Below are positions 47,700-58,028 of a stretch of 64,000 bases of DNA, piece by piece. The position numbers were made by a program, and so were the translations under genes. The stretch lies in assembly GCA_044342325.1 (NCBI GenBank), contig JBIIPZ010000004.1:36418-100417 (forward strand). The letters run 5' to 3'. Numbering within the stretch: the first letter of the stretch is position 1; each line of letters starts with the position of its first letter. Below the pieces are notes generated by a model. It had not been told where the DNA came from. It worked only from the letters and a program-made list of their open reading frames with translations, and ran no database searches. Source of the DNA: Terrimicrobiaceae bacterium (GTDB lineage Bacteria; Verrucomicrobiota; Verrucomicrobiia; Chthoniobacterales; Terrimicrobiaceae).

Positions 47700-49076
47700 A
47701 TGTCCGCAACGCTGCTCATTGTTGATGACGAAAAAAATACCCGTGACGGTCTCCGCAATGCGTTGGATTCCGAGTTCGAGGTCTATGTCGCGCCGGATGC
47801 CGATGGCGCGCTGGCCACGCTCGAGAGCGTGCCGGTGGATGTCGTGCTCACCGACCTGCGCCTCGGCGGGGATGATGGCATGTCGCTGATCGAGCGGATT
47901 GTCAAAAAAGCGAATCCGCCAATTTGCATCATGATGACAGCCTACGGATCGGTGGATACCGCTGTGGAGGCGATGAAGCGCGGAGCCTATGACTTTGTCA
48001 CGAAGCCCGTGAATATCGACCGACTGGAAATTCTCATCAAGCGTGCTCTCCGCGAGCGTAACACCAACCGCGAAAACAAGGAGCTTCGCTCGAAGGTTCA
48101 GAACCAGTTCCGCGTCGATGGCATGATCGGCCGATCGCCCGCGATGGTGGAGGTCTTCGACACCATCAAGCAGGTTGCTCCCTCGCGCGCCACTGTGCTC
48201 GTGCAAGGCGAGAGCGGCACCGGCAAGGAACTCGCCGCCCATGCGATTCACGAACTCAGCCCACGCTCGAAGGAGAGATTCGTGGCCGTCCACTGCGCAT
48301 CTCTCACTCCCGAACTCCTCGCTAGCGAGCTTTTCGGCCATGAAAAAGGCGCCTTCACCGGAGCCTTTGAACGCCGGATCGGCCGCTTCGAACAGGCCAA
48401 GGGGGGCACACTTTTCCTCGATGAGATCGGCGAGATTGACCTCACCACACAGGTCAAAATCCTTCGCGTCCTGGGCGAAAGAACCTTCGAACGCGTCGGA
48501 GGAGGGGAGACCCTCTCCGCCGATGTGCGCCTCATCGCCGCGACAAACAAAGATCTCTCCAAACTCGTCGCCGAAGGAAAATTCCGCGACGACCTTTTCT
48601 TCCGCTTGCATGTGGTTCCCATCACCATGCCGCCCCTGCGCGACCGCAAGGTGGACATCCCTCTTTTGGTGGACGCATTTCTGGGAGAAACCGCACTCGA
48701 AAACGGGAAGCCCCATCGCGAACTCACCCCAGAGGCCATGCAGCAGATTCTCGAATACGATTGGCCGGGGAATGTCCGCGAATTGCGCGCCGCGGTGGAG
48801 CACGGGGTCGTTATGGCCTCAGGTTCACAAATCACTCTCCGCGATTTGCCAGCGACCCTTCGCGCCCCCAAAAGCCAGCCTGCCGTCCCAGGTCCGCCAT
48901 CCGTTCATTCCAGCGGATTGAATTTGCGCGACACCGAGACATCGCTTATCCTCCGCGCGCTTGAGGATTGCCGGGGCAACCGGAGCGAGGCTGCCAAGAA
49001 ACTTGGTATCAGCCGCCGCACACTTCACCGCCGCCTCAGGGAATTGAATCTCTTCAAACGCTCGTCACACTTGTAA
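47700..49076 (+). CDS. Sigma54-dependent response regulator (NtrC/AtoC family)
   Basis: Receiver domain (VDDE, TD), GESGTGKE, GAFTGA, WPGNVREL, Fis-type HTH. Confidence 0.93.
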   Translation: MSATLLIVDDEKNTRDGLRNALDSEFEVYVAPDADGALATLESVPVDVVLTDLRLGGDDGMSLIERIVKKANPPICIMMTAYGSVDTAVEAMKRGAYDFVTKPVNIDRLEILIKRALRERNTNRENKELRSKVQNQFRVDGMIGRSPAMVEVFDTIKQVAPSRATVLVQGESGTGKELAAHAIHELSPRSKERFVAVHCASLTPELLASELFGHEKGAFTGAFERRIGRFEQAKGGTLFLDEIGEIDLTTQVKILRVLGERTFERVGGGETLSADVRLIAATNKDLSKLVAEGKFRDDLFFRLHVVPITMPPLRDRKVDIPLLVDAFLGETALENGKPHRELTPEAMQQILEYDWPGNVRELRAAVEHGVVMASGSQITLRDLPATLRAPKSQPAVPGPPSVHSSGLNLRDTETSLILRALEDCRGNRSEAAKKLGISRRTLHRRLRELNLFKRSSHL

Positions 49077-49077
49077 A

Positions 49078-50796
49078 ATGGCACAATCAGGAAAAAGTCT
49101 GCAGGATGTGGTCCACTCCCTCGATCAAGGTGGGCTTGTTCCAATCATCCGGGTGGCCATGTTTGGTGCACTGATTCTCACGCTGACGCTCCTTTATCTC
49201 TTCATTCAGTTCCGTGGACTCTCAAGCGCCACGGCGATGGATCAGGCTCAAATCGCTCGTCAAATTGCCATGGGAAATGGATTTTCCACGCAATACATCC
49301 GTCCCCTAGCGATTTGGCAGCTCGAGACGGCAGGAAAAAAGATTCCCAAGGACGAGTTCCCGGATTTTTTCCAATCCCCGCTCAATCCTCTTATCAATTC
49401 CATCCCTCTCAAAATGGTCGAGTCTTCTTGGAAACTCACTCCGATCGACTTGGTCTATGTCGGCGACAGGGTGATCGCCGGCACCGCCATCCTGCTTTTT
49501 TTCCTCTCCGTGTGGATTTGGTATTATGTGGCATGCCGTCTTTTTGACAGGTTCATTGCCTTGCTGGGCTGCTCCATCGTGCTTCTCAGCGATCTGATGT
49601 GGCAATTTTCGCTTTCGGGTTTGCCTCAAATGCTCCTGCTGCTCCTGCTTTCCGCCGCCTGCTGGCTCACGCTCAAAGCCATGGAAAAGCGCGACGATTT
49701 TGTCTCCTCCTTGATGTTCCTTTTCGCCGCCGGGGCGGTTTTTGGACTCATGGTTCTCACGCACGGCGCGGCATTCTGGATTTTTGTGGGCTGGCTTGGT
49801 TTCACGCTTTTTTACTTCCATCCGCGAGGCATAGCCGGGTTGGTGGCGCTGGCTGCGCTTTTGATCGTGACGCTGCCTTGGGCGGTTAGAAACTACGCCG
49901 TCTGCGGGAATCCGCTGGGCCTTGCCGGCTACGAACTCGTTGCTCCCGTAAACACCGCCGAGAGCGTTTATCTGCGTTCGATCACCGAGGCCCCGCCGCT
50001 CTCGGGAATCCACCCCTTCAATCGCCTGAAAAATGCCGTCTTCGCCCAGTCGGAAAAAATCTTCCCCTTTCTGGGAATGAACATCGTTGCAGTGGCCTTT
50101 TTTATATGTCTTCTGCATCGCTTCAAGTCTCCGTCGACCTCTGCCTTCCGCTTGTGCGTGGTGCTGATGTGGCTCGGAGCCTTTGTTGGCATGGGCCTCT
50201 GCGGGGTTGAGGGCGTGGTTTCCTCAAACCAATTCCATGTTCTATTCATCCCGCTTTTCGTCTTCTTCGGACTGGCATTTTTGATCGTGCTTTGGAACCG
50301 GCTTGAAATATCAATCCCCATGATGCGCAGTGTTTTCGTGGGAGTGTTGGTTTTTCTCTGCGCCCTGCCAATGCTAGCCACACTCTTTGCCGGAAAGAAT
50401 ATGGCCATCCAGTGGCCGCCCTATGTGCCGCCATTCATCGCCGTTCTGGGAGAGTGGTATGGCAAGGATGAAGCCATCGCGACCGATATGCCCTGGGCGA
50501 CCGCGTGGTATGCCCAGCGCAAATCCCTACTCCTTCCGAAGACCATCAAAGACTTCAACCGCATCAGCGATTTTCGTGTTCTGGGCACGACGATCACCGG
50601 ACTCTACCTCACGCCTGTCACTGGTAATCGCCCGCTCTTCAGCGATATTTACAAAGGCCCCTACACCGATTGGGTGTTCATGATCACCCGCCCGCCGAAT
50701 GTTCAGGGCTTTTCGTTGCCCGTCTTCACGCCTCTGCCGATCGATGGCGAGTGCATCCTTTTCGCGGACCGTGACCGATGGTCGCGCCGAGAGTGA
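49078..50796 (+). CDS. GT-C fold membrane glycosyltransferase (GT39/ArnT-like)
   Basis: Many TM helices, first-loop MDQAQIAR, PWAVRNY-CGNP. Confidence 0.65.
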   Translation: MAQSGKSLQDVVHSLDQGGLVPIIRVAMFGALILTLTLLYLFIQFRGLSSATAMDQAQIARQIAMGNGFSTQYIRPLAIWQLETAGKKIPKDEFPDFFQSPLNPLINSIPLKMVESSWKLTPIDLVYVGDRVIAGTAILLFFLSVWIWYYVACRLFDRFIALLGCSIVLLSDLMWQFSLSGLPQMLLLLLLSAACWLTLKAMEKRDDFVSSLMFLFAAGAVFGLMVLTHGAAFWIFVGWLGFTLFYFHPRGIAGLVALAALLIVTLPWAVRNYAVCGNPLGLAGYELVAPVNTAESVYLRSITEAPPLSGIHPFNRLKNAVFAQSEKIFPFLGMNIVAVAFFICLLHRFKSPSTSAFRLCVVLMWLGAFVGMGLCGVEGVVSSNQFHVLFIPLFVFFGLAFLIVLWNRLEISIPMMRSVFVGVLVFLCALPMLATLFAGKNMAIQWPPYVPPFIAVLGEWYGKDEAIATDMPWATAWYAQRKSLLLPKTIKDFNRISDFRVLGTTITGLYLTPVTGNRPLFSDIYKGPYTDWVFMITRPPNVQGFSLPVFTPLPIDGECILFADRDRWSRRE

Positions 50797-50797
50797 C

Positions 50798-51868
50798 ATG
50801 GAAGCTCTCTCGTTGACGAAAACCGATTGGGAGGAGCGCCTGGCCGCATGGGGGCAGCCTGCCTATCGCGCTGCGCAGGTGCTGGAGTGGATTTACCAGC
50901 GCCGGGTTCGTGACTGGCGGGAGATGTCGAATCTCCCCACCACACTCCGTGAGAGGCTGGAGGCCGAGTTTCCCGCTGCCCGCCTCTTGAAAATCCGCGA
51001 AACCGGCGCGCGGGATACGACTCGGAAATTCCTTTTCCGCTTGGCTGACGGCCAACTCATCGAGAGCGTTCTCATCCCCGCTTCTCCGGCGCTTTATGGC
51101 GAGGCTTCAGACCGGCGCACGATCTGCATTTCCAGCCAGGTCGGCTGTGCCTATGGCTGCAAATTCTGCGCCAGCGGGCTCGAGGGTTGGAAACGAAATC
51201 TCACCGCTGGCGAGATTGTTGACCAATTCCTCCAAGTCGAAGCCGAGAGCGGAGAGAAGATCAACAACATCGTCTTCATGGGCATGGGCGAGCCGATGGC
51301 AAACTACGACAATCTCCTTCGTGCCATTGGCATTCTCAACGCGCCTTGGGGCGTGGGCGTCGGCTCCCGCCACATGACGGTTTCGACCTCCGGCCTCGTG
51401 CCGCGCATTCGCGATCTCGGCGAGCAGCCGCTCCAAGTGCGGCTCGCCATTTCCTTCCATGGGGCGACGGATGATGTCCGTGGACGCATCATGCCCGTGA
51501 ATAAAAAATACCCCGTCGAGGAACTCCTCGCCGCCTGCGAGGATTATGTGCGTCTAAAAAAACAACGCCTCACCTTTGAGTTTATTCTCATCCGCGACAT
51601 CAACGACTCCCCCGAGCAGGCCCGCCTCCTCGCCCGCCAGGCCCGCCGCGTCAACGCCAAGGTCAACCTCATCCCTTACAACACCGTCGAGGGGTTGGAA
51701 TGGGATCGCCCAGACGAAGGCCAGCAGGAGGCGTTTCTCAAAATTCTCCAGCAGGCCGGAACCGAGGCCACCCTCCGCCGCGAGAAGGGACATGACATCG
51801 CCGCAGCCTGTGGACAGCTCCGCCTGCAGGTTGAAAAATCCGTTGCCGAGACCCCTGTCTTGATTTAG
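50798..51868 (+). CDS. rlmN: 23S rRNA m2A2503 methyltransferase
   Basis: CISSQVGC-GCKFC, MGMGEP, VSTSG, NLIPYN, DIAAACGQL. Confidence 0.95.
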   Translation: MEALSLTKTDWEERLAAWGQPAYRAAQVLEWIYQRRVRDWREMSNLPTTLRERLEAEFPAARLLKIRETGARDTTRKFLFRLADGQLIESVLIPASPALYGEASDRRTICISSQVGCAYGCKFCASGLEGWKRNLTAGEIVDQFLQVEAESGEKINNIVFMGMGEPMANYDNLLRAIGILNAPWGVGVGSRHMTVSTSGLVPRIRDLGEQPLQVRLAISFHGATDDVRGRIMPVNKKYPVEELLAACEDYVRLKKQRLTFEFILIRDINDSPEQARLLARQARRVNAKVNLIPYNTVEGLEWDRPDEGQQEAFLKILQQAGTEATLRREKGHDIAAACGQLRLQVEKSVAETPVLI

Positions 51869-51878
51869 CGGTTTAGTG

Positions 51879-52538
51879 ATGTCCGACGAAAACCAATTTC
51901 CGAACGAGGAGGCCTGGGACGAATACAAATGGGAGCGCTTCCTCCAGCAGCAGGATCAGAATACGGAAAAATATTTTCAGCTGCTTGAGAAATATATGGA
52001 CCACCCGGACTGCGATGAAATCGTTGCCGAGGAAATGGGCTGGAGCATTTTTGAAGAAGCCGAACAGGCACAGGAACAATTCGAGAACTTCCTGAGCGAG
52101 GCGGCGGAATACCTCACCGACGAGGAGGAGCAGGAATACGACGACGAGTTTGAGGAGTTCACTCACTCCGCCGTTTACGAGGATACCCTGCGCCTGCATC
52201 GCTGGATCAACCGTCTCCTTGATACGCGCGAGGACCTGCGCGAGAACCCGGAGGCCGTCCGCTTCGCTACGCGTTCCGCCATCTGCGGAGCCAAGTTGGC
52301 AGCAGGTCTGTGCGGTCACGACACTTCGGAGATCGGAATGACCATTGCCTATCTCAAGCGGGCCCTGAAGGCGGCGAACGACGCCCTTGATGCCATGAAC
52401 AACCTTTTGGAATCCGGTCTCATCGACCGTCGCCGCGCCAACCATGCCCGCCGTCTCGTTTTTAAAATCCGCGACCGCATCGTGGATAATATGGGCACCT
52501 ACCGCCTCAAGTGGCGCAACCGCCACGGCAACGCCTGA
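51879..52538 (+). CDS. Hypothetical acidic alpha-helical protein
   Basis: 219-aa ORF filling the rlmN-ffh gap with coding-like composition. Confidence 0.7.
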   Translation: MSDENQFPNEEAWDEYKWERFLQQQDQNTEKYFQLLEKYMDHPDCDEIVAEEMGWSIFEEAEQAQEQFENFLSEAAEYLTDEEEQEYDDEFEEFTHSAVYEDTLRLHRWINRLLDTREDLRENPEAVRFATRSAICGAKLAAGLCGHDTSEIGMTIAYLKRALKAANDALDAMNNLLESGLIDRRRANHARRLVFKIRDRIVDNMGTYRLKWRNRHGNA

Positions 52539-52624
52539 TTCCCCCTCTCGCATTTACCCCCAAAGCCCTCGCGGATTCAAAAATCCCCTTCCCATCGCGT
52601 TCCCTCCACTTACATTGACCCCCC

Positions 52625-53947
52625 ATGTTTGGCAGACTCTCGGATAAACTTCAGGATGTTTTCAAAAACCTCCGCGGCCAGGGCAAGATCAGCGAATCGA
52701 ATGTCACGGACGCCCTCCGCGAGGTTCGACTCGCTCTACTCGATGCCGATGTCCACTTCCAGGTTGCGAAGGATTTCATAGCCAAAGTCAAGGAGAAGGC
52801 CCTCGGCGAAGCGGTGCTCCGCAGCGTGACCCCCGGCCAGCAGATTGTAAAAATCTTCCACGAGGAACTCTGTGCACTCCTCGGAGGCAATGCCGCCGAG
52901 CTGAATCTCGACAAGCCCGCACGCATTCTCATCGTGGGCCTCAACGGTGCTGGAAAAACCACTTCCTCCGCCAAGCTGGCCCGCCTTTTAAAATCCCAAG
53001 GACGCTCGCCACTCCTCATCGCTTGCGATCTCCACCGCCCCGCCGCCATCGATCAACTCGCCGTCCTCGGCGGGCAAATCGATGTCCCTGTTTTCCGCCC
53101 CGAAAAAGGTGAGACCGATGTGCTCAAGGTCGCCAAGCTGGCGCTCGACTGGTGCGCCGCGACAGGCGGCAACGTGCAGATCTTCGACACCGCCGGCCGA
53201 CAGGAACTCGACGAGCCACTCATCGAGGAACTCAAGCAGCTCCGTGATTTTCTCCAACCGCAGGAAATCCTTATCGTCTGCGATGCCGCTACCGGACAGC
53301 AGGCCGTAAGCGTCGCCGAGCGCTTCCATGCCGCCCTCGGTCTTACCGGCATCATACTCACCAAGCTCGACGGCGATGCCCGTGGCGGCGCCGCCCTCTC
53401 GCTTCGCTCTGTCACAGGTCAACCGATCAAATTCGCAGGCACGGGCGAAAAACTTGAGCAGTTCGAGGTCTTCCACCCCGACCGACTCGCAGGCCGCATT
53501 CTTGGCATGGGCGATGTTGTGAGCCTTGTCGAAAAAGCCGCCGAGGCCATCTCCGAAGACGATGCCCGCCGCATGGAGCAGAAGCTGCGCACCGCCTCGT
53601 TCGACCTCACCGATTTCCTCCAGCAATTCAAAATGCTCAAACGAATGGGCCCCCTCGAAAATATCCTTGGCATGATTCCCGGAATGGATAAGATCAAAGA
53701 TTCCTCGGTTGATGAAAACCAACTGAAACGGGTCGAGGCGATTATCCTCTCGATGACTCCGCAGGAGCGCACGCGTCCGGATATCCTGAACGCACGCCGC
53801 CGCCAGCGGATCGCCCGGGGCAGCGGAGTATCCGTCAGCGAGGTGAATAATTTAATCCTGCGTTTCAACCAGATGCGCAAGATGATGAAAAATATGGGCG
53901 CCATGAAAAAACTCATGGGCCGTGCCGGTGCCGGACTACCCTTCTGA
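52625..53947 (+). CDS. ffh: Signal recognition particle protein
   Basis: LLDADV, GLNGAGKTT, DTAGR, TKLDGDARGG, SMTPQER. Confidence 0.96.
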   Translation: MFGRLSDKLQDVFKNLRGQGKISESNVTDALREVRLALLDADVHFQVAKDFIAKVKEKALGEAVLRSVTPGQQIVKIFHEELCALLGGNAAELNLDKPARILIVGLNGAGKTTSSAKLARLLKSQGRSPLLIACDLHRPAAIDQLAVLGGQIDVPVFRPEKGETDVLKVAKLALDWCAATGGNVQIFDTAGRQELDEPLIEELKQLRDFLQPQEILIVCDAATGQQAVSVAERFHAALGLTGIILTKLDGDARGGAALSLRSVTGQPIKFAGTGEKLEQFEVFHPDRLAGRILGMGDVVSLVEKAAEAISEDDARRMEQKLRTASFDLTDFLQQFKMLKRMGPLENILGMIPGMDKIKDSSVDENQLKRVEAIILSMTPQERTRPDILNARRRQRIARGSGVSVSEVNNLILRFNQMRKMMKNMGAMKKLMGRAGAGLPF

Positions 53948-54003
53948 GCCTCCGATATGCAGCCCGACCACCAAAAACGAATTTCCAACAACACAAACAC
54001 ACT

Positions 54004-54255
54004 ATGGCAGTAGCAATCCGACTCCGCCGCGAAGGCGGTAAAAACCACCCGTATTACAGCATCGTCGTCGCCGACCAGCGCAGCCCGCGCGATGGCAAAT
54101 TTATCGAAATCATCGGTAAATACGATCCCAAGCAAGAGGGTGAAAATTTCAACCTCAAGCTGGACCGCGCAGAATATTGGATCCAGTGCGGCGCCCGCCC
54201 GAGCCAGACTGTCGGCAGCATGGTCAACAAGGCCCGCAAAAAAGTCGCGGCCTAA
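54004..54255 (+). CDS. rpsP: 30S ribosomal protein S16
   Basis: [32 protein letters not shown]. Confidence 0.97.
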   Translation: [83 protein letters not shown]

Positions 54256-54267
54256 GCAAGCCCCGTC

Positions 54268-54501
54268 ATGGAGGAGTTCCTGCGCTACGTCATCGGATCG
54301 CTGGTGGAATTTCCCGAGGACGTCGTCATTAAGAAGACAGAGACGCCCTCGACAGTGAGCTTTCTCGTCGCAGCCAAGGCATCCGACATTCCGAAAATCA
54401 TCGGCAAGAGCGGCCACACGATCCGTGCCCTGCGCACACTCCTCAGCGCCTCCGCCGACAAGCGCAACATGACAGCGACACTCGAAATTATCGAACCATG
54501 A
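54268..54501 (+). CDS. khpA: KH-domain RNA-binding protein
   Basis: LVEFPEDV...KIIGKSGHTIRALR; canonical position after rpsP. Confidence 0.88.
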   Translation: MEEFLRYVIGSLVEFPEDVVIKKTETPSTVSFLVAAKASDIPKIIGKSGHTIRALRTLLSASADKRNMTATLEIIEP

Positions 54502-54698
54502 AATCCCTAGCCACCACACTCCTTGTTGCTTTCGCCCTCGTCGCCATCCAGTCCGGATGCGAGCGCCATCCCGCATCGGAGACCGTTCCCGGTTACGCCG
54601 AGAAGATGGAAAAAAAAGAGGCGCAGGCTGAGAAAAAAGCCACCCACAGCGAAAAAGCGGATCCTCACGCACCATCCTACTTCCCGCCAAAAAACTGA
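54498..54698 (+). CDS. Small putative lipoprotein
   Basis: 66 aa, signal peptide ending QSGC; ATGA overlap with khpA. Confidence 0.6.
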   Translation: MKSLATTLLVAFALVAIQSGCERHPASETVPGYAEKMEKKEAQAEKKATHSEKADPHAPSYFPPKN

Positions 54699-54866
54699 TC
54701 TCGGTCCGTCCTGGTGGGAGCTTGCCTGCAGAATTGGTCTCACTTTATTCCTTCGGCGTCAGCACGCCCCGCTTCGCGTTCAGCAATCTCTACTCGGTCA
54801 CGCCGGAGTCGCCCACCTCGTAGGCTGATCAGCCCATCCCACACGCCACTCTCCAGTTAGGATTTC

Positions 54867-56162
54867 ATGTCCTCCACCGAAACACCGTCCGCTCCATCTC
54901 CTGCCCCGCTTGTGATGAACGAGCTCCAAAAGCTCCCGCTCACTGCATTGATCGAGCTATCTGTCGAGGCCGGACTTCGCATTCGGACCGACCTTACCCG
55001 GCGGCATCTGGTTGTGGATCAGGTTCGACACGGCCTGCATAAAGGTGGAGTCGTGACCGCCACAGGCCTTCTCGAGCGAGATCAGGAGGGCTCCAGCTTG
55101 CGTTTCACCGCCTACGACCTGCGTCCGGGAGTCGATGATCTTCTCGTCCCCCACGCCCTCATCAAAAAATTCTCCCTCCAGTCTGGCCTCATGCTTCATG
55201 TAAGGGTCCGCCTGCCACGCGACCGCGAACATGGCCTTGTCGTGGATGAAATTTTATCCATCGAAGACATTCCCTCCGGCGAGTGGCAGCCCCCGCTGGA
55301 GTTCGACAAACTCACGCCTCTTTTTCCCAACCGCCGCGTCTTCTTGGAAACACCCAGAGACTCCGAACTCGCCGCCCGCGCCGTCGATCTCGTCGCCCCG
55401 CTCGGTATGGGCCAGCGAGGTCTCATCGCCGCACCGCCCCGAGCCGGAAAGACGATTCTCCTCCAGACCCTCGCTCGCAGCATCCGGATCAATCATCCCA
55501 AGGCCGCCCTCATCCTCCTCCTCGTGGACGAGCGCCCTGAGGAAGTCACCGACATGCGGCGCTCACTCGATTGCGAAATCTACGCATCCACATTCGATGA
55601 GCCCGTGGCCCGCCATGTCCAGATCTGCGAAAGCGTCGCCAACCGTGCCCAGCGCCTCGTCGAACTCGGTCGTGATGTCATCATCCTCCTCGATTCCATC
55701 ACTCGCATGGCCCGCGCCTACAATAATCTCCAACCTGGAAAAGGCCGCACCATGAGCGGCGGCGTCGATGCCAAGGCCCTCGCCAAACCTCGCAAATTCT
55801 TCGGAGCCGCCCGCAACACCGAAGAAGGAGGCAGCCTCACCATCCTCGGCACCGCCCTCATCGAAACCAAAAGTCGCATGGACGACCTCATCTTTGAAGA
55901 GTTCAAAGGCACCGGCAACATGGAGCTGCACCTCGACCGCTCCATCGCCGAAATGCGAATCTTTCCAGCCATTCAAATCGTCAAATCCGGAACCCGCCGC
56001 GACGAACTCCTCCTGCACCCCGACGAATACGAGCGCATCCTCCTCCTCCGCCGCCAACTCTCCGAACTCCCCGCCGCCGAGGCCATGGAAATCCTAGTCA
56101 GAAATCTTCAACACACCCGCTCCAACGCCGAACTCCTCCTCACCGGCCTCCGCGGTGTTTAA
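54867..56162 (+). CDS. rho: Transcription termination factor Rho (divergent N-terminal domain)
   Basis: [58 protein letters not shown]. Confidence 0.9.
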   Translation: MSSTETPSAPSPAPLVMNELQKLPLTALIELSVEAGLRIRTDLTRRHLVVDQVRHGLHKGGVVTATGLLERDQEGSSLRFTAYDLRPGVDDLLVPHALIKKFSLQSGLMLHVRVRLPRDREHGLVVDEILSIEDIPSGEWQPPLEFDKLTPLFPNRRVFLETPRDSELAARAVDLVAPLGMGQRGLIAAPPRAGKTILLQTLARSIRINHPKAALILLLVDERPEEVTDMRRSLDCEIYASTFDEPVARHVQICESVANRAQRLVELGRDVIILLDSITRMARAYNNLQPGKGRTMSGGVDAKALAKPRKFFGAARNTEEGGSLTILGTALIETKSRMDDLIFEEFKGTGNMELHLDRSIAEMRIFPAIQIVKSGTRRDELLLHPDEYERILLLRRQLSELPAAEAMEILVRNLQHTRSNAELLLTGLRGV

Positions 56163-56252
56163 AGTGGGGGCTGGGCAGCAACATCATTCTTGGTGTTACA
56201 AAAAGCCTTTCATGTCATCTGACCCTTTTGCTTGGTTTCGTCTTTTCTAGAC

Positions 56253-57269
56253 TCAAGTCAGAAGCTCGCGGCATACGAGATTTTTTGCCCAATGCAGTGG
56301 AATCGCTGCGCCGCTGGCTCCGACCAAGGCACCGACGACAATTCCCCGGTGGCAGTTGTCACCTCCGAGGTTTGTGTTGGCGATGAGCGCGGACTCGAGG
56401 TTGTTCGAATATTTCCAAGCAAGGAAGATTGAGGCGGGAAATGCGTCCTTCAGGTAGCAAGCGGGGCTGAGGATCGATCCAATGACCTCTTCATCGGGTC
56501 TCTGCGCCAATGCTTCCAATTTCCGGCGTCCTATCCATCCGTTGCCGAATTTTTCGATACTTTCGCGCACACCACTCCCGTTGAGGATGGCGATGAGCAT
56601 TTTGGTGAGATCGCGCGCGGCTGTCTCCACAAGTTCACCCCGATGGGTCACCCTCACATGTTCGCGAACGGCTTCCAGGGCGGCGGATTCGTTGTCGGCA
56701 TACCACGCGGCCAGAATCGGGACATGAGCCAATCCGCCGATGTGGATGTCATCACCGCCGCAGTCCTCCGGTTTTTTGCCGCGAGCGTATTTGGTGAAGA
56801 AATTTCTGTGGCATTCCTCAATGTAGGTGTCCCGGTGTCGACCGGGCGTGGTCATGAAATCGATGTAGCGTTTGAGATAGTCGGCCCGGTTGTAACTTCT
56901 GTGCTCGCGCAGCACGGCGAGCAATTCCAAGGCGAGTTGCATATTCAGCGTGTTTTCTCCGGCCCTCAGAAACTGGTGGTAGTGGATGCCGCGCCTTCCC
57001 CAGTATGCGGCTTGCTCGTGTAGGATTTCGCCTTTGGGATTTGGAGCCGTGTAGGTCGAACGCCAAAGGATGCTGTCTGCATGTGGGTTTTTTGGGGCGA
57101 CAAGATTGGCCACGCGACCGTAGTCCCGCGCCAAGGCCACCCGGTCGTAATACCAATGAACCGGCATTGCCAGCGCATCCCCGAGGAAGGCGCCCAGCAG
57201 ACAGTTCCGCCTTCTTGCCTCGTCAACATGACATGGTTGATTCAATTCGCCTGATGATTCCTTATTCAT
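56253..57269 (-). CDS. ADP-ribosylglycohydrolase family protein
   Basis: LLGAFLGDALAMP, VTH, NTNLGGDN; ATG directly follows the trmD stop. Confidence 0.82.
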   Translation of the reverse strand: MNKESSGELNQPCHVDEARRRNCLLGAFLGDALAMPVHWYYDRVALARDYGRVANLVAPKNPHADSILWRSTYTAPNPKGEILHEQAAYWGRRGIHYHQFLRAGENTLNMQLALELLAVLREHRSYNRADYLKRYIDFMTTPGRHRDTYIEECHRNFFTKYARGKKPEDCGGDDIHIGGLAHVPILAAWYADNESAALEAVREHVRVTHRGELVETAARDLTKMLIAILNGSGVRESIEKFGNGWIGRRKLEALAQRPDEEVIGSILSPACYLKDAFPASIFLAWKYSNNLESALIANTNLGGDNCHRGIVVGALVGASGAAIPLHWAKNLVCRELLT

Positions 57270-57971
57270 TTATCGTAGATCGCGTGCCCCATCGGTGCTG
57301 TATCCCTCCAGCAAGTCCGGTCGCCTCTTTCCTGTGGCTTCGAGTGCTGTCTGATGTCGCCATTTCTCAATCGCCGCATGGTTGCCGCCGAGGAGGATTT
57401 CAGGAACCTTCCAGCCTTTGTATTCGGCAGGGCGGGTGTAGTGGGGATGGTCGAGAATGCCGGATGAGAAGGAGTCTTGTTGGGCTGATTCCTCGTCGCC
57501 AAGGACACCGGGGATGAGCCGCACCACGGCATCCGTGACGACCAATGCGGGCAGCACCCCGCTGGTGAGGACATAGTCGCCGATCGAAATCTCGTCATTG
57601 ACGAGGTGGTCCGCCACGCGCTGGTCGATGCCTTCATAGTGGCCGCAGAGAAAAATGAGGTCGGTTTCCTTGGCGAGTTCGCGGGCGATGGAGTCGGAAA
57701 ATTTGCGTCCCTGCGGGGTGAGGAGAATCACTTTGGATGCGGGGGAGCGGATTTCAGAGAGCGCGAGGTCGATGGGTTCGATCTTCATAACCATGCCGGG
57801 CCCGCCACCGTAGGGGGCATCATCCACCGTGCGGTGGCGGTCCTTGGTCCATTTGCGGAGGTCCACCGCTTCGAGCGTGGCGAGGTTTTTTTCCTGAGCC
57901 CGTTTGAGAATGCTCTCCGAAAAAACGCTTCGGCAGACATCAGGGAAGATGGTGAGGATTTGAATTTTCAA
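57270..57971 (-). CDS. trmD: tRNA (guanine37-N1)-methyltransferase
   Basis: VDDAPYGGGPGM, CGHYEGIDQR, SIGDYVL, YTRP. Confidence 0.96.
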   Translation of the reverse strand: MKIQILTIFPDVCRSVFSESILKRAQEKNLATLEAVDLRKWTKDRHRTVDDAPYGGGPGMVMKIEPIDLALSEIRSPASKVILLTPQGRKFSDSIARELAKETDLIFLCGHYEGIDQRVADHLVNDEISIGDYVLTSGVLPALVVTDAVVRLIPGVLGDEESAQQDSFSSGILDHPHYTRPAEYKGWKVPEILLGGNHAAIEKWRHQTALEATGKRRPDLLEGYSTDGARDLR

Positions 57972-58028
57972 TGGTGGTCAGGAAGAATGCGTGTCGGATT
58001 TCTCTGTAAAATGCTTTAATCCCCTCCA

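Noticed and set aside
53419..54690. 423-aa minus-strand ORF
   Set aside because: Lies antisense across ffh, rpsP and khpA, which are unambiguous
54750..54866. C-rich leader upstream of rho as an autoregulatory rut site
   Set aside because: Plausible, but not distinguishable from local base composition without transcript data
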